From Veleropilina oligotropha (Eukaryota): DNA of 64,000 bases. The notes beneath the pieces are model-generated. The model had not been told where the DNA came from. It did not search any database and worked only from the letters and a program-made list of their open reading frames with translations. Each line of letters opens with the position of its first letter. The stretch's first letter is position 1. Positions 15,228-29,933 of this stretch are shown piece by piece. A program made the position numbers and the translations under genes. The DNA lies in the NCBI GenBank assembly GCA_048128005.1, contig JBEUKZ010000019.1, forward strand, positions 1 through 64,000. Reading direction: 5' to 3'.

Positions 15228-18200
15228 TTATAGTTTGGAGTAGTCCTTTTTCTTCTTGGAAGGCAGCAAAGAGAATTCTACGGAGAACAGTTCCTCAACT
15301 TGTTCCAAACTTTTCCCCTTTGTTTCTGGCAATAAGGCTGCTATAAAGACGATTCCAAGCACAGCGATACTGGCATACATCCAGTATGTACCTATAATTG
15401 TAAAATATACATGTATAAAGAGGAACGAGGGTGAAAGAAGTAAACCTGTAATGTAGAGATATCAGAGGATACTAATTATTGGTACGGCACTCATGATCAA
15501 ATGTGAACCCATTTATAATTCCTTCAACAACATCGATCTGGGACGCACCATACAATGTCCGATAATGTGTGTTAAGACGAAATATTTTAATTAAAATATA
15601 CCATTTTGTATTGTAGCGTTTGTATTTGGTAGGAATTGTTTGACAAGATTGTGATACTTATAATTTATAAGCCCAAGCATATATATCCAGTGGTATATTA
15701 AATTAATAAAACGTGTATAACCTACTAATTTTGTCAAAATTCTTCTTGGGATCGTTATTTTAACTCGTTTTCAATTACCTCCATGAAAATTTAATCACTT
15801 GACTAGCCCATCGCATTTGGTGATTACTTACCATAAATTGCTATACTAATCTTATTTGATGATGGCCTGACTGCTTGTTGGTGCTTTGCTTCAAATTGAT
15901 TGCTTATCATATTAGGTGATGCTTTGGTTACTTACCATATTTGGTGATGGCTTGGTTACCTACCATATTTGGTGATGGTTTGACTGCTTACCATATTTGG
16001 TGATGCTTTGGTTACTTGCCATATTTGGTGATGTCCTGGTTACTTACCATATTTGGTGATTATTTGGTTACTTACCATATTTAGTGATGGCCTGATTACT
16101 TACCATACTTTGTGATTGACTCCGTGAGGCTAAGGAAGCTGATGGATACGATCAGGTTACAGATCCAGTTGGTCGCGGTGGCCAGCGCATTCCCGGTACT
16201 CCGGGCCCACAGCGGGTATATCTCAGAGTTGATGGTCCACGGCATTGGACCCATACCTGCATGGTAGAAGGGAAACAGAGATGGCAGTAAAATGTCACGA
16301 TTGGCTCTAGCCGATGTATGTCATTTAGAAACGGTACAATTTCATGCATATTTTGAAAGTCAATGAAGGAATAATTTTTACACAGACAAGCGTTATGTAG
16401 GAGTAAAGGCCCTGCCACACAGTAAATCAAGTCGCATACCTCTTGGTTTATAAATCAAGGTTTACCGTGTGGCATCCCCTAATACTCAAGCTCGTAAATC
16501 AAAGGTCACATGCGACTTTTGATTTACGCATTCGGACATGCTCTATTCCGTACGTCTTGTGCCATGAGACTCGTTGCTCACCAATCGGAAACCAGGTGAA
16601 ATGGGCTCGCAGCCCATTCTATCAATAAAATTACATGAGCCTAGGATGTATTATGCTACGTGATTTACCGTGTGTCATGGCAAGGAACATACTACAAAAG
16701 TTTCATATGACAAGTCGTATACGACTTGGTTTACTGTATGGCAGGGCCTTAATGCAATTATCGTATTTTCTGGTCCTTGTTTGGTAAAATAGGATGCATC
16801 TCACACAATACGCACCTGGTGAAAAGCACATGAGGAACAAGATTAGTCCGAGGATGGCAATCCAGTAGTAAGGAGTTGGGCAGTAGTTGTACGCCCACAC
16901 CAGGTCATGACTGTCCATCGTGGTCGAATTACACCGACCGAACAGCGACTTCGTGTCTGAGTTCTCATTCGACGGCAAACATGATCCATTGATTGAATTA
17001 CTCATTGTAGATTCGACGAAGCAATAGCCACAAGATCTCGACCTGGTGCAAGACTCGCAAAACCTGCAAGAAAATTGAACATTTCTATGTTAAGGTTTGC
17101 CATATAAGTTACATAAGGCGCATTGAGTGGTTAGTTCCGTTTAGTAGGCCTACGGAAATCAAAAAAAGAAATGAACGAAGAATCCCAAAACGAATGAAAG
17201 TTGCATTGAGCAATGAAGCAAAAATGACAGAATACGAAAAATGACGGAATATGAATCGTGTTTAACAGCTTATACGCGCCCACTCGGATGGGTCTAATGA
17301 TTAATTTTTAGGCTAAATTCATTCATTGTTAATATTAATATAGCATTAGTATTTTTTGCCATTTATCTCATGAACTGCATGACAGTACAGAAAACCATGA
17401 GAATACATCAAATAGCATAACCCACCCAGGGAGTTAAGCTGTCTCTGGTAGCACGGATGTTATGTAGAAGAGGTAAATCATAAAACTTCAGATAGTAAAA
17501 CACTTTTTGTACGTTATGACAGTTTCTATTATTTTAATCAATTTTTGATGACCCACGACTGAGATCGAACTCGGGGCCGCCTAACAGCCTCGATTGAGCG
17601 TCCGACGCGGTAACCAGTCAGCCGCCAAGGCCGCTATCAACTTATTAGGCGCGTCATGATTTCCACAAAAATGTCACCAGTCCATTATGTGTATTCGAAA
17701 TGTGTAACATATTTACGAAAAAGAAAAGCACCACCAAGTTTTGCATTTCTGCTCGGGAAGCGATGGTCACTTCTAATTTCAAGAACAGCTAATGACTAGA
17801 AAGACCCCACATGAATTACAAACAACGAATGCGAAATTGGACAAATTGAAAGGAACCTACCTGAAATCTTGGCAAGATGAGGTAATATTTTCACGAAAAT
17901 CAACCGAAGGTGAATAAATATCTTCCAGTTGAAATCCAACAGCCAACACGATTAAACTAATTAATATTCCTACAATACGGCAAGAAAAATGTTTATGAAG
18001 AAACTAAATTTTGGGGGAAAATTCACTCTCACATACATACGAATCTTTAAAAAATATCATTGTATAATTATGATGTCGCCTATTGTGTTAACCGGGGACA
18101 GCATGGCTGAGCGGATGTGGTGCTGGTCTACTAAGCAAGGGTCTTGGGATCAAACCATCACAGTCCCTCGACGATTGGTCACAACATTTAAAAATAAAAT

Positions 18201-21200
18201 TGAAAAATGTCGCATTTACAATGCCCCATCCAATGATTGCTATACTATAGACGATAGCCATAACTGGATGGAAAGGATCGATTTAATGTCCTGTATATTT
18301 ACAACCATCAGGTTCAAAGCAGGACATGTCAATATTATCGCGGGATGAAAGCCCGGTCGTCCGAGGAAACCCGCCCTCTCCGACCAGTTACGGACAACTG
18401 TGATCTGAATAAAATTAATAATGTCATGTCCCAGCCGAACCCACTCCTGTCCGTGCCATTGGTATCAAGCCATCGATTTTCAGAGTCTGCAACCGAAACC
18501 AAACGACTGTCGGAGCGACCTCACTGGATGGGGGGGGGGGGGGTCATTGTATATTTTGCGACTTTCTTTTAAATTTTGTGGCCATTGAACTTTCGTCTCC
18601 ACTGCACGCAGCACTAATTAATTTAATTATTAATACAACATTAATGGTTATTGTAGATTGTGATAAGACTCGTAATTAAAATATGATTGACCCGCAGATA
18701 TTCATAACTTATCGTTGAAATGACAGAGGATCAATGCTTGCCATAGGTATAGGATATCACTAGAAGAAATATATCATACGATCCCACGAAGTGCCATATA
18801 ATATCACTGGAACAAGTGTACCACATTAGGCCTACCATATTTTAAACAGTCTACAGCAACATACCTATTAAGCTACCCAGGGCCAATGGTTTCCTTCCGA
18901 TCCGCTCGACCAGCCATAGACCGAGAAACGTGAACACAAAGTTGACTGCGCTGGTAAGAGCGACCAGCCATATTGCCTGAGTCTTGTCGCGAATTCCCGC
19001 CATTTGTAAAATGGTGGCGCTATAGTAGCTGCAACGAAACCAAGTTCCTTACAACTAGTAATTCAGCGAAGTTCGTGTTAAAATGATATATAACTATCCT
19101 GGAAATAATGGTGCAGTTATATTTATGGCAAAAACGTTAAAAGGTGTAAAACACTATTGAATAGACGGATTAGCGTTTTAATTTCTCACGAAATGCTGGG
19201 CATGCAGCTCGGAAATCCGCGATGGCCGGTTGCGGGCCTCAACACACTGTGCGCATGCGCAGATCTATAATCGTAACACGTCTATCGTATATGCTCCACA
19301 TATCATCCAGGCTACACGGACGACGAAAGGCGCAAAAACCCAATCCAACGATAATATATGGACATGTCCTTGGTTGAACCTGAAAGTTGTAAATCGGTCC
19401 ATATTTTCGCAGGCGGAAAACTCACCAGCGCCGGCCGGTAATGGACAACAGTGGCTGTTAATGAACAACGTGCCGAAAAGATGATTCAAACTTCTGATAA
19501 TAATTACAGCTGTCCGGTGCATGAGAGGTTTGTGAATCAGGATCCTGGTCATTACCAGGCGCGGATCCAGGGGGGGGGGCGCACCGCCCTAAAGTTGGCC
19601 AAGCATAATAAAATAATATGTATAATCTGATACAAATGAATTTCAGAACATTATAAATAGGCTGTTGCAATGTAATAATGCAGGAGGGGCGATTTCACAT
19701 CGTTAATTGTCAAAATTTTCTTGCGCGTGGGGCGCCGACCCCACGCGGACAATTCGATTATGACAAAATAAAATAAAAATTTGACTCGTGCTATTTGAGT
19801 GACGGTGGTTCATAAAAAGTTAGAATGAAATATCGTTTTTGCCCTGTCAGGGTGCAGGAGAGGGGGTTTCAGGCTGTTGATTCTCAAAATTTTCTTTCGC
19901 GTGGGGCCCCGCCCCCACGCAAACAGTTGATAGTAAATTCAGCGCCCCCCCTAAGCGAAATTCCTGGATCCGCGCCTGATTACATTAACGGATGGCACCT
20001 GTTTTAACAACGCCATACTATCGCTATATACTAACGATGCGCACAGGGAATACACATAAATCAATACTGCGTATAACGAATAGTTTAGCATCTAGCATAC
20101 ATTAGCGCCACAATATTTCATTTTCCTGATAACCACATAATAGTGTATGGACATATACATAAAATTTGAATTTATTGTAATGAAACGTGCGTTGTAAGCT
20201 TATTTGGAATTATGGTCGCAATTTTATAAGGAAAAGATTTCTCGTGTTTATCGGTCGAAATTAAAATATACGAAGGTCCGAGCAGTTGTAAGAGGCACAT
20301 GTCTCAATACATATAATTAACTTGATATCTGATCAATACGACTTCTCCAATGTTCCAGGTATAATTACCCAAACAATGGGATTAACTCAGGTAGCGCCTA
20401 GCAAAGGAATTGACACGGTGCGAGACTCCTTGGTATGGAAGAGTCCACTGTTTCATATCACGCACATGGGGCGATATCACGGGCAATTCCATGTTATAAG
20501 GGTTACAGCTTATTATTTACAATAGATTTTTTGGGGATATATGACAAATAATACACTGACACCCCTCGGAGATATGCCGGATATCGCTGGGGGTGGGGGT
20601 GTTATCTACTACCTATACTCGCTCGTCTGCGATGGTTCGACGTTCGGCGGAGGACGCTACGATTTTCTCGGTGACTGTAGTCTATTCCCAATAGACGTGG
20701 TTAGGTTTCACTGGATTTTCGGATTAATCCATGCGATATGGCCCATAGATACTCATATTCAAATATAATAATTAAATACCATATTATTATCCCCCCGGTT
20801 ACCATCTTGCGATCGCCCAGTCTGTCTGTCCGTCTGTATGTAATCGATATCGTTTCCGGAGCATATCTCTTACACCGCTCGACATAACTTTACGATACTT
20901 GCAGGGTGTATTAACTAGTCGGTGAACTGGTGCCTTTTGCTAGTTTCGACGTTGAGCGGCGATTATTAACAGAGTTACTGCCCTTGTTGTAAATTCCCTA
21001 ATGTTATCTCTTCCGGACCGTATCTCATACACCGCTCAACATAACTTTACGATAGTTGCAGGGTGTATTAAGTAGTCGGTAAACTGGTGCCTTTTGCCAG
21101 TTTCGACGTTGAGCGGCTATTATAAATAGAGTTACTGCCCTAGTTGTAAATTTGCTAATGCTATCTTTTCCGGACCGTATCTCATACACCGCTCAACAAA

Positions 21201-24200
21201 ACTTTACGATACTTGCAGGGTGTATTAAGTAGTCGGTGAACTGGTGCCTTTTTCCACTTTTGACGTTGATCGGCGATTATTCACAGAGTTACTGCCCTTG
21301 TTGTAAATTCGCTAATGTTATCTTTTCCGGATCGTATCTCATACACCGCTGAATATAACTTTACGAAACTTGCTGGGTGTATTAAGTAGTTTGGAAACTG
21401 CTGCCTTTTGCGAATTGCAACGCTGTGCGGGGATTAACAACAGAGTTATTGCCCTTGATGTAAATTTGTTAACGTTCTCTTTTCAGGAGGATATCTCATA
21501 AACCGATTGGCATATCTTATGAAATTGAGTGTGTGTATTCAGTAGTCGGTGAATTGGTACCTTTCACCAATTTCGACGTTGTGCGGCGATTCATAACAGA
21601 GTTATTGCCCTTGTTGTAAATTCGTTAATGCTTCCTTTGGAATTAACCATTGCGGGGGATATTGATGACTGTCTTCTTGCTTACACTTAAAAGCAGGGAT
21701 GTAGTGTTAATATTAACGTTTAACCGGGGAGATACGTCACGTCTTCTTCTGATGACCCTTGTTTTTCTTCTCGATTATTACGTTTCATATGGATATGAAG
21801 CCTTTGGGCAATGGTATGACAGGTAAATAAAATTCACGATGTTGGCTATAATGATGAATTTAATTTGCAAACATTAGTATTATCATTATGCATATATATG
21901 TCAAGAGCTTGGTATTCGATAGAATATTCTGCACAGCCTCGCTGTGGTGGATATGCACATGTTGGCTGATACGTACATTTATTGATCGACTTTTTATATA
22001 GGCCAGGATTTAAAGGCTAACGATTTGTAATAGATAATACACTGTCAACATGAGCGCTATAAGCCATTAACAGACCGAGCCACAGCGAGGATGTTTGACT
22101 TATAACGCCGAGGGATGGCATCTGTATTATCTGTTATACACACCGTGGAAATCTATTGTAAATTGCAAGCTGTAACCCTTTAAAACATCCAATTGCCCAC
22201 CATATATCGCCTCTAGAGCTTGATATGAGAAAATCGACTCTTCCATTGGCAAGTTGCCTATCCTTTGTCTCTCAATTTAGTCTGACCATCTACCTGAGTT
22301 ATCCATTGTATCGGAACAATGGGTCAATTAACACTATATAGGAAGCCTATTGTTCACATAAATTTACCCATGGTGTGTATATGGTAATACGTACATTATG
22401 GTATTAATTGCAGAAAACTGCGCTATCATCTGCAGACCACATCCGACAATCAAAGCGCGTCTGACCGCTGGCGTTCGTATCATCTTGACAATCACAAACT
22501 GATTTCCTGATAAAATAGATGTTCACATTATAAGTGTTGTCAAGCAACGTCGCGGTGGTTTGGGTACGTTACGTCAGAAGAAGTACAACGTACCGTAAAT
22601 AACAACAGTGAATTTAGACAAATTGAATTCAACCAAGAATTTGTCCCTTAATAGCAGTAGGTTAGACGGCAGATTGTCGTGTGTATTAAAAAAGTGTCAC
22701 AAAAAAAAGAACTGGCCGAGTGTCTTCTTCGGCAATAAGTGACAATAATGCTGCTTTCTCATTGGCCGAGAAATGAAGTGGCCTTCTAACATTTTAAAAG
22801 CTATTCGTGTCATTACGTTTGTTTACATTTGGCCCAGCAGACGACGTCATGAGCACATTTTCCGTCGATCGCTTTTACGGAAAGGGTCGAGTTCTCTCTG
22901 ATCTCCATGGCGACTGGTAATAAGGATATTTGTACACCGCATGAACCAAAGCGTTTAAGGGTTTTAATGTAACTGTCATCATCCAATGGGGACGAAAGTC
23001 TCATTGGGTAAATAGGCCTATTTGTGTTTGTGAAAAGGTAAACTTTATTAATTTAATGATAATGACTTCAATGTACACAACCTTCGCCACAAAGCGTACC
23101 TCTAAGACTCTGTTCTTTGCGGGCCTCGTGGCACGATTCGCGGATTTGCAGAAGCTCCTGGTCCACGTTCTCGTGACCTCTGGCCCGAATTAGGACCGCT
23201 CGTGCCTGGGCCTCCTTGCCGTTGTCCACAAGCCATCGTGGACTCTCGGGTAAATAGAAAAAGCCCACAAACTGGACAACTGCCGGTACCCCGGCAAGGC
23301 CCAGCATGTATCTGGAACAATACATCATGGATTTAAGATGTCAAATTTGTTAAACTTAATAGGTAGTGCACGGGAAACGTGATACATTTTGTGCAACAAA
23401 ATGTAGGGCGCGCTATCTTGTTTTGAAGGGTATCATCGAACAATATGTTATTTCGCGAAGAAAATTGATGTTGACTTGATTAGAATGCAACAGAAGGTGA
23501 ACGTTTGATCAACAAAAATGACACAACCACGTACGTGTAATTCACTTTAGGTTTCCCAAACTTAGACTGCGTCTTATCCAAGACAAATCAACACCATCAG
23601 GCTGCCATCAATTCCTTTTGACCACGATTACTGCATCATCATCCCCAACACAATCAAGTCTGAGGATGATCAAGTTTTAAAATAACCTTTGGGTCGATAA
23701 AACAAATGACATCTGATCATATCCCGTGAATGCCTACCTCCAGCCAGTGTCAGGCAGGTAACTGAACGCTGCGGCCAGAACGCTGGACAGGAAGACCCCG
23801 ATGGTGATGAAGAGCTGGTAGATGGTGACCAGCCGTCCGCGGTACCGGGCCGGCGAGCACTCGGCCACGTACATGGGGACGGTACTGGATGTCATGCCTT
23901 GAGGAGCGAGAATTAAATAAACAAGACAATTTAATTTTCGACTTTGGGTTATATTGAACTACACAGCTTCCGTATTAGACCAAGTCATTGGCACATTGCG
24001 AAAGAAAGCTGATTTGGTTTTTTAACTGTAGTGCGGTTACAATGAAAGGAAGGGAGACGATAGGGTTCATGCTTGATGCCCTGTATAAAGGAAGGGAGAC
24101 GATAGGGTTCATGCTTGATGCCCTGTATAAAGGAAGGGAGACGATTGGGTTCATGCTTGATGTGCTGTATAAAGGAAGGGAGACGATAGAGTTCATGCTT

Positions 24201-26852
24201 GATGTCCTGTATATAGGAAGGGAGACGATAGGGTTCATGCTTGATGTCCTGTATAAAGGAAGGGAGACGATAGAGTTCATGCTTGATGTCCTGTATATAG
24301 GAAGGGAGACGATAGGGTTCATGCTTGATGTCCTGTATAAAGGAAGGGAGACGATAGAGTTCATGCTTGATGTCCTGTATATAGGAAGGGAGACGATAGG
24401 GTTCATGCTTGATGTCCTGTATAAAGGAAGGGAGACGATAGGGTTCATGCTTGATGTCCTGTATATAGGAAGGGAGACGATAGGGTTCATGCTTGATGTC
24501 ATGTATATAGGAAGGGAGACGATAGGGTTCATGCTTGATGTCCTGTATATAGGAGGGGAGACGATAGGGTTCATGCTTGATGTCCTGTATATAGGAAGGG
24601 AGACGATAGGGTTCATGCTTGATGTCCTGTATATAGGAAGGGAGACGATAGGGTTCATGCTTGATGTCCTGTATATAGGAAGGGAGACGATAGGGTTCAT
24701 GCTTGATGTCCTGTATATAGGAAGGGAGACGATAGGGTTCATGCTTGATGTCCTGTATATAGGAAGGGAGACGATAGGGTTCATGATTGATGTCCTGTAT
24801 AAAGGAAGGGAGACGATAGGGTTCATGCTTGATGTCCTGTATATAGGAAGGGAGACGATAGGGTTCATGCTTGATGTCCTGTATATAGGAAGGGAGAAGA
24901 TAGGGTTCATGCTTGATGTCCTGTATAAAGGAAGGGAGACGATTGGGTTCATGCTTGATGTCCTGTATATAGGAAGGGAGACGATAGGGTTCATGCTTGA
25001 TGTCCTGTATATAGGAAGGGAGACGATAGGGTTCATGCTTGATGTCCTGTATAAAGGAAGGGAGACGATAGGGTTCATGCTTGATGTCCTGTATATAGGA
25101 AGGGAGAAGATAGGGTTCATGCTTGATGTCCTGTATATAGGAAGGGAGACGATAGGGTTCATGCTTGATGTCCTGTATATAGGAAGGGAGACGATAGGGT
25201 TCATGCTTGATGCCCTGTATAAAGGAAGGGAGACGATTGGGTTCATGCTTGATGTCCTGTATATAGGAAGGGAGACGATAGGGTTCATGCTTGATGTCCT
25301 GTATATAGGAAGGGAGACGATAGGGTTCATGCTTGATGTCCTGTATATAGGAGGGGAGACGATAGGGTTCATGCTTGATGTCCTGTATATAGGAAGGGAG
25401 ACGATAGGGTTCATGCTTGATGTCCTGTATAAAGGAAGGGAGACGATAGGGTTCATGCTTGATGTCCTGTATATAGGAAGGGAGACGATAGGGTTCATGC
25501 GTGATGTCCTGTATATAGGAAGGGAGACGATAGGGTTCATGCTTGATGTCCTGTATATAGGAAGGGAGACGATAGGGTTCATGCTTGATGTCCTGTATAT
25601 TTATAACCAGGTCATCCCAATATTGACGCGGGAGAAAACCCGTCGTCTCCGACCAGCTAAAGATAACTGTGATTCATAACTGAACAAATAATGTCATGTC
25701 CCAACCGAGATTCGAACCCACTACTGCTCGTGTCAACGGAATCAAGTCAATGAATTTCGAAGTCTGCAACCGAAACCACACGACTGTCGGAGCCACCGGA
25801 AGAATACAATGAAACTCAAGCACAACGAATTATGCGTTAATTTGTCAATCACCAGGGAAACGACAATATACCACGTGTTCCCGTTTCTACAGAAATAATA
25901 TTACTATTGAATAGTAATACCATAATTATAAAAGAATGGAGAATTTTCTGAAGTGCCAACGTGGACATTTTGTGTCAGACTTCACTTGTAATTAAAGCAT
26001 ACGCTAATATGTCGCAACAGAGCATCTATTCGTCCGTTTTATCAACCATCCTCACGCCGTAGATATTGAAAGACGATGGAAGAACAACAATATCTGTTTG
26101 GTGCAATTAACTATGAGGAACATTAAAAAATCTATGCGAGATGTAATTAGTTTTGATCTGCTCTAATGATTGATGTGTAACTTTCTAACAGTGCTTCATG
26201 GGCCATTGACAGCATACATGCGAAATATTATTTAGTTTGAATCAAATATTAATTCGCTTGTACGAAATAGTAAATCGTTTGAACGAGATATTATTTCCTT
26301 TGAACCAAATATTAAAGCAATAATTCTATTTTTATTTCATAACATCTATGGGGCCCGTATAAACGTATTAATTTCAAGAAAATATATCGGTCACGAATTG
26401 TAAATCCTCTTCAGCTTACCTATCGCGGCCCCCACGATAATCCGTCCCACCAGCAGAACGTACTTGTCCCACGCGACGCCCATGAAAACTGACCCGACGA
26501 CGAATGTGACGCTTCCGGCCATGATCGTGGGTTTCCGGCCAAACTGCTTGTTCATGGGAATGCTAACGAAGGAGAAGACCGCTGCCGCTCCGACGGTTCC
26601 ACTGACAATCAACTCCTGCCATTCCGTCGTCAACTCAAACGTCTTCTTAATAAACAGAAGCGCACCCGAAACAATCCCGGTGTCATATCCGAACAGCAGA
26701 CCACCAATCGTGGCGAATGATGTAAGGACGACCAGAAACGTCGTGGTCACCCCTTCTTTGACGCTGTGTTCCGCGGAACCATGTTCGAAGGAGCTGCTAC
26801 TGGTATGGGCACTCGCTCCATCCCTTTCATCAATGCTCGTTTCTTCGTTCAT
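15228..26852 (-). CDS. SLC2A13: Proton myo-inositol cotransporter (HMIT)-like sugar porter, 9 coding exons, 584 aa
   Basis: Exons (minus): 26852-26420, 23897-23738, 23311-23100, 22506-22395, 19028-18865, 17969-17861, 17063-16816, 16256-16104, 15391-15228. All introns are GT-AG, phases are compatible and the total is 1755 nt. Motifs [40 protein letters not shown], a Cys-rich exofacial loop typical of [31 protein letters not shown]. The symbol marks family likeness; orthology is not proven. Confidence 0.92.
15900..16117. repeat. 28-bp tandem repeat spanning the exon 8 end and its 5' splice site
   Basis: CCATA(T/C)TT recurs at 15935, 15963, 15991, 16019, 16047, 16075 and 16103. Confidence 0.85.
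19556..19978. mobile_element. MITE with 16-bp TIRs and 5-bp TSD
   Basis: CAGGCGCGGATCCAGG ... CCTGGATCCGCGCCTG, flanked by ATTAC on both sides. Confidence 0.85.
20785..21765 (+). mobile_element. HINE/DINE-1-like non-autonomous Helentron carrying ~5 x 157-bp tandem units
   Basis: 5' TTATCCCCCCGGTTA with inverted partner TAACCGGGGAGATA near the 3' end, a GTCT/GTCC microsatellite and a T-rich 3' flank. Units recur at 20976, 21133, 21290, 21447 and 21603. Confidence 0.65.
24045..25598. repeat. 42-bp minisatellite (~37 copies) in HMIT coding intron 1
   Basis: Unit GGAAGGGAGACGATAGGGTTCATGCTTGATGTCCTGTATATA. Confidence 0.97.
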
Positions 26853-27147
26853 TTTTCAAAGTTCAGACAATTTCCACATTCCATTGCTAGCACAAATACA
26901 TACCTGTAATATCAATACATTTATTTGTGTTCTGTAGATAGCTAGGTGTCGCTACTTGCAATCAAGATTATGATTGGATAATTTTAATTGAAACATGGTA
27001 AACAGCCAATGAAAGATAGCGCATTTTAATAATATGGGAACATCAATAACTCGACAAAGTGGAATTGCAGACAAATCAAATTAAATTGGAATATTAGCAG
27101 TGGCAGATTCATTACATAAAATATGTCACACATAGACTATGGTGCTA

Positions 27148-27310
27148 ATGATGAATTGATGATTAACTACCACTTCAACAGTATTTCAGTCATAAATCGG
27201 GGCAAACATCTTTGAATGATAAAATGAATTGGTGATGTGTTCATGGAGGCAGGGATCATGGGGAAAATCTCAGGCAGTCCTGGGGATTGAACCCAGGACA
27301 TCCCGTTATA
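27148..27310 (-). mobile_element. Second SINE-like family (B); other copies ~28770-28900 (+) and ~30308-30455 (-)
   Basis: Shared GATGAATTGATG..TAAC..CCAC..CAACAGTATTTCA..ATAAATCGG, plus a B-box-like GGTTCAATCCCC on the minus strand. Confidence 0.55.
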
Positions 27311-28337
27311 GTAGACCGTATCCACTCATTACACAGAATACACAGAATGGCGATCAATATTATATTTTCAGGAGTATCCGGGTCGCAACTTCAACTACAC
27401 ACAGAAACGTTGTGATACACAATCCATATGTAATTTGCATATCATATGAGGGATTAATGTATGGCTGCTATTTGTTACTTTGATCTGGGTCGAAGTATGA
27501 CCTGTTTTTATGAAGCTTCATGTTCCTACCATGACCAGTCGATGTTATTTGAACCACCCTCATCGATTACGTCACTGGGACTGTTAACTGAACGATTAAA
27601 TGTTAACTGGTTACAATAATATATTATTGATTTTTTGCTTCGTTGTACGTATTGCAAGATATGTTCTCTGCACACCATATACCGTATGCCACGGTGTTTA
27701 GGCGATGCATATTGCGTATCGGGTATTACTCAGTGTTATACATATTTTTATACTGCAAATTGCATTGAGTAATGTGCTAAAATTGTACAGGCAATTTTGT
27801 ACACAGTTAGCGTGCCATACTTACAGAAAAGCTTTCACTATCTACGGCATATGTGACGTTTCATCCCATGGCTGTTATATAATCTATTTATCAGCAATTA
27901 AGTCTTTGGCATTTGCAAGATTTCGACTATATTACTATTTTGTTGTGATCCGTAGATTACTCCGATCTTGTTATGCCTCCTGGCAGAGAATACTATATCT
28001 GTTCCTTCTGTGTATTGTATCGAAATCATTTCACTGTACTATTATAAATGATTGATCGCATGACATTTCTATAAATAGCCCGAGACGTATTCCGTGAACT
28101 GTGACAAGCTGTTGCAGTGTCACTCGCGACCTGATAATAGCATCATATAATATTATTATGCTAATAGAGTTTCTATTTCTTTATAGAATGTTCAAAATAT
28201 CAAGAATACAAAAATCATTTAAAACAGAAAAATAATATTATTGACTTGCATCAAAACGGGCGCTCCAATCAACCTTTAGTAGGCCTACTGCAAGCATATT
28301 AAATTAATGAATGCAGTGCTTTCTTTCATTAGGGAGG

Positions 28338-28457
28338 GACGTATGATATATGACGTATGACATATGACGTATGATATATGACGTATGACATATGACGTAT
28401 GATATATGACGTATGACATATGACGTATGATATATGACGTATGACATATGACGTATG
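28338..28457. repeat. 14-bp tandem repeat GACGTATGA(T/C)ATAT
   Basis: Directly visible, ~8 copies. Confidence 0.9.
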
Positions 28458-29391
28458 GGATACACATGGAATTACTTAAAGGTCAAATACGACAGTCACC
28501 AAATCGCATATTCATAGTAGCATTATGAGTATACAAACAAAAAACATATATGCGATACCAGTTAAAATAAACAAAGCTACCAAACAACTCGTCCTATACA
28601 TTTAATACGACTTTTGCCATGGGAAATAAAGCTCGCACATCAGTACAAACAAGTATATTAGGATAGTTTTGATAATCAAAGAAGTCATTACACGTATACT
28701 AGCATGTATATCCATGAGGATTCATACGTAATATTCTATGCTGTCAATCTGAACACCAATTCCCGAGAGTGCCGGGATATTTCCCATAATCGCTGCCTCC
28801 ATTCCACACAGCACCAACTCATATCATCATTCAACGTCGATTGAGCCGATTTATGACTGAAATATTGTTGGCGTGAACGTTAAACATCAATTCATCATCA
28901 TGACGCCACAATTGCCAATTAACCCAATTCCTGCCTTCCTTCACGACATGCATTAAGATGGTAGTGACGTCACGCGCGAGATGGTAGTGACACCTACTGG
29001 ATTATAAAGAACATCTAAACATTTTATTCGATGACAAACTTTTCAAAAAGTGTTTATTTGCATATTATGTAGCATGAAACCATGGAGCGGCTAATTTTCC
29101 CACTGCCAGATTTCACTATTAACTAACTGTATTGACCAATGCAATATAAATGCTCCTATCTCCATGTTGACCGCTTCGACAGCTGTATGGTTTCGTTTGT
29201 GGTCTCCGAAAAATCACTGGCTTGATTCGGCTGACGCGAACATTAGTGGGTTCAAACCTCTGCAGAGGCAACGCACATCTTTTCAAGTTATGAATCACAG
29301 TTGTCCTCCCGCGATAATATGGACATGTCCGCTGGTTGGAAATATACAGGACATTAGCATCGATCCTTTCCTTTTCTTTCCATTGCTATAT

Positions 29392-29933
29392 TTGACCATT
29401 AAATAACTGTATTGGCCATTAAATAACTGTATTGACCATTAAATAACAGTATTGACCATTAAATAACTGTATTGACCATTAAATAACTGTATTGACCATT
29501 AAATAACAGTATTGACCATTAAATAACTGTATTGACGATTAATTAACTGTATTGAGCATTAAATAACTGTATTGACCAATGCAATATATACTTACAATAA
29601 TGTCCTGTATATTTACCATAATGTCCTGTATATTTACAATAATGTCCTGTATATTTACAGCAATGTCCTGTATATTTACAATAATGTCCGGTATATTTAC
29701 AATAATGTCCGGTATATTTACAATAATGTCCTGTATATTTACAATAATGTCCTGTATATTTACAGTAATGTCCTGTATATTTACAATAATGTCATGTATA
29801 TTTACAATAATGTCCTGTATATTTACAATAATGTCCGGTATATTTACAATAATGTCCGGTATATTTACAATAATGTCCTGTATATTTACAATAATGTCCT
29901 GTATATTTACAATAATGTCCTGTATATTTACAA
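29392..29933. repeat. Adjacent 20-bp (TTGACCATTAAATAACTGTA) and 21-bp (AATAATGTCCTGTATATTTAC) minisatellites
   Basis: 20-bp array 29392-29580; 21-bp array ~29595-29933. Confidence 0.93.

Noticed and set aside
17550..17635. tRNA-like segments here and at ~36180-36240 and ~37210-37290
   Set aside because: A/B-box-like motifs only; no convincing cloverleaf, so probably SINE heads rather than tRNA genes.
23975..25679. 535-aa and 563-aa ORFs on opposite strands
   Set aside because: Products of a stop-free 42-bp intronic minisatellite.
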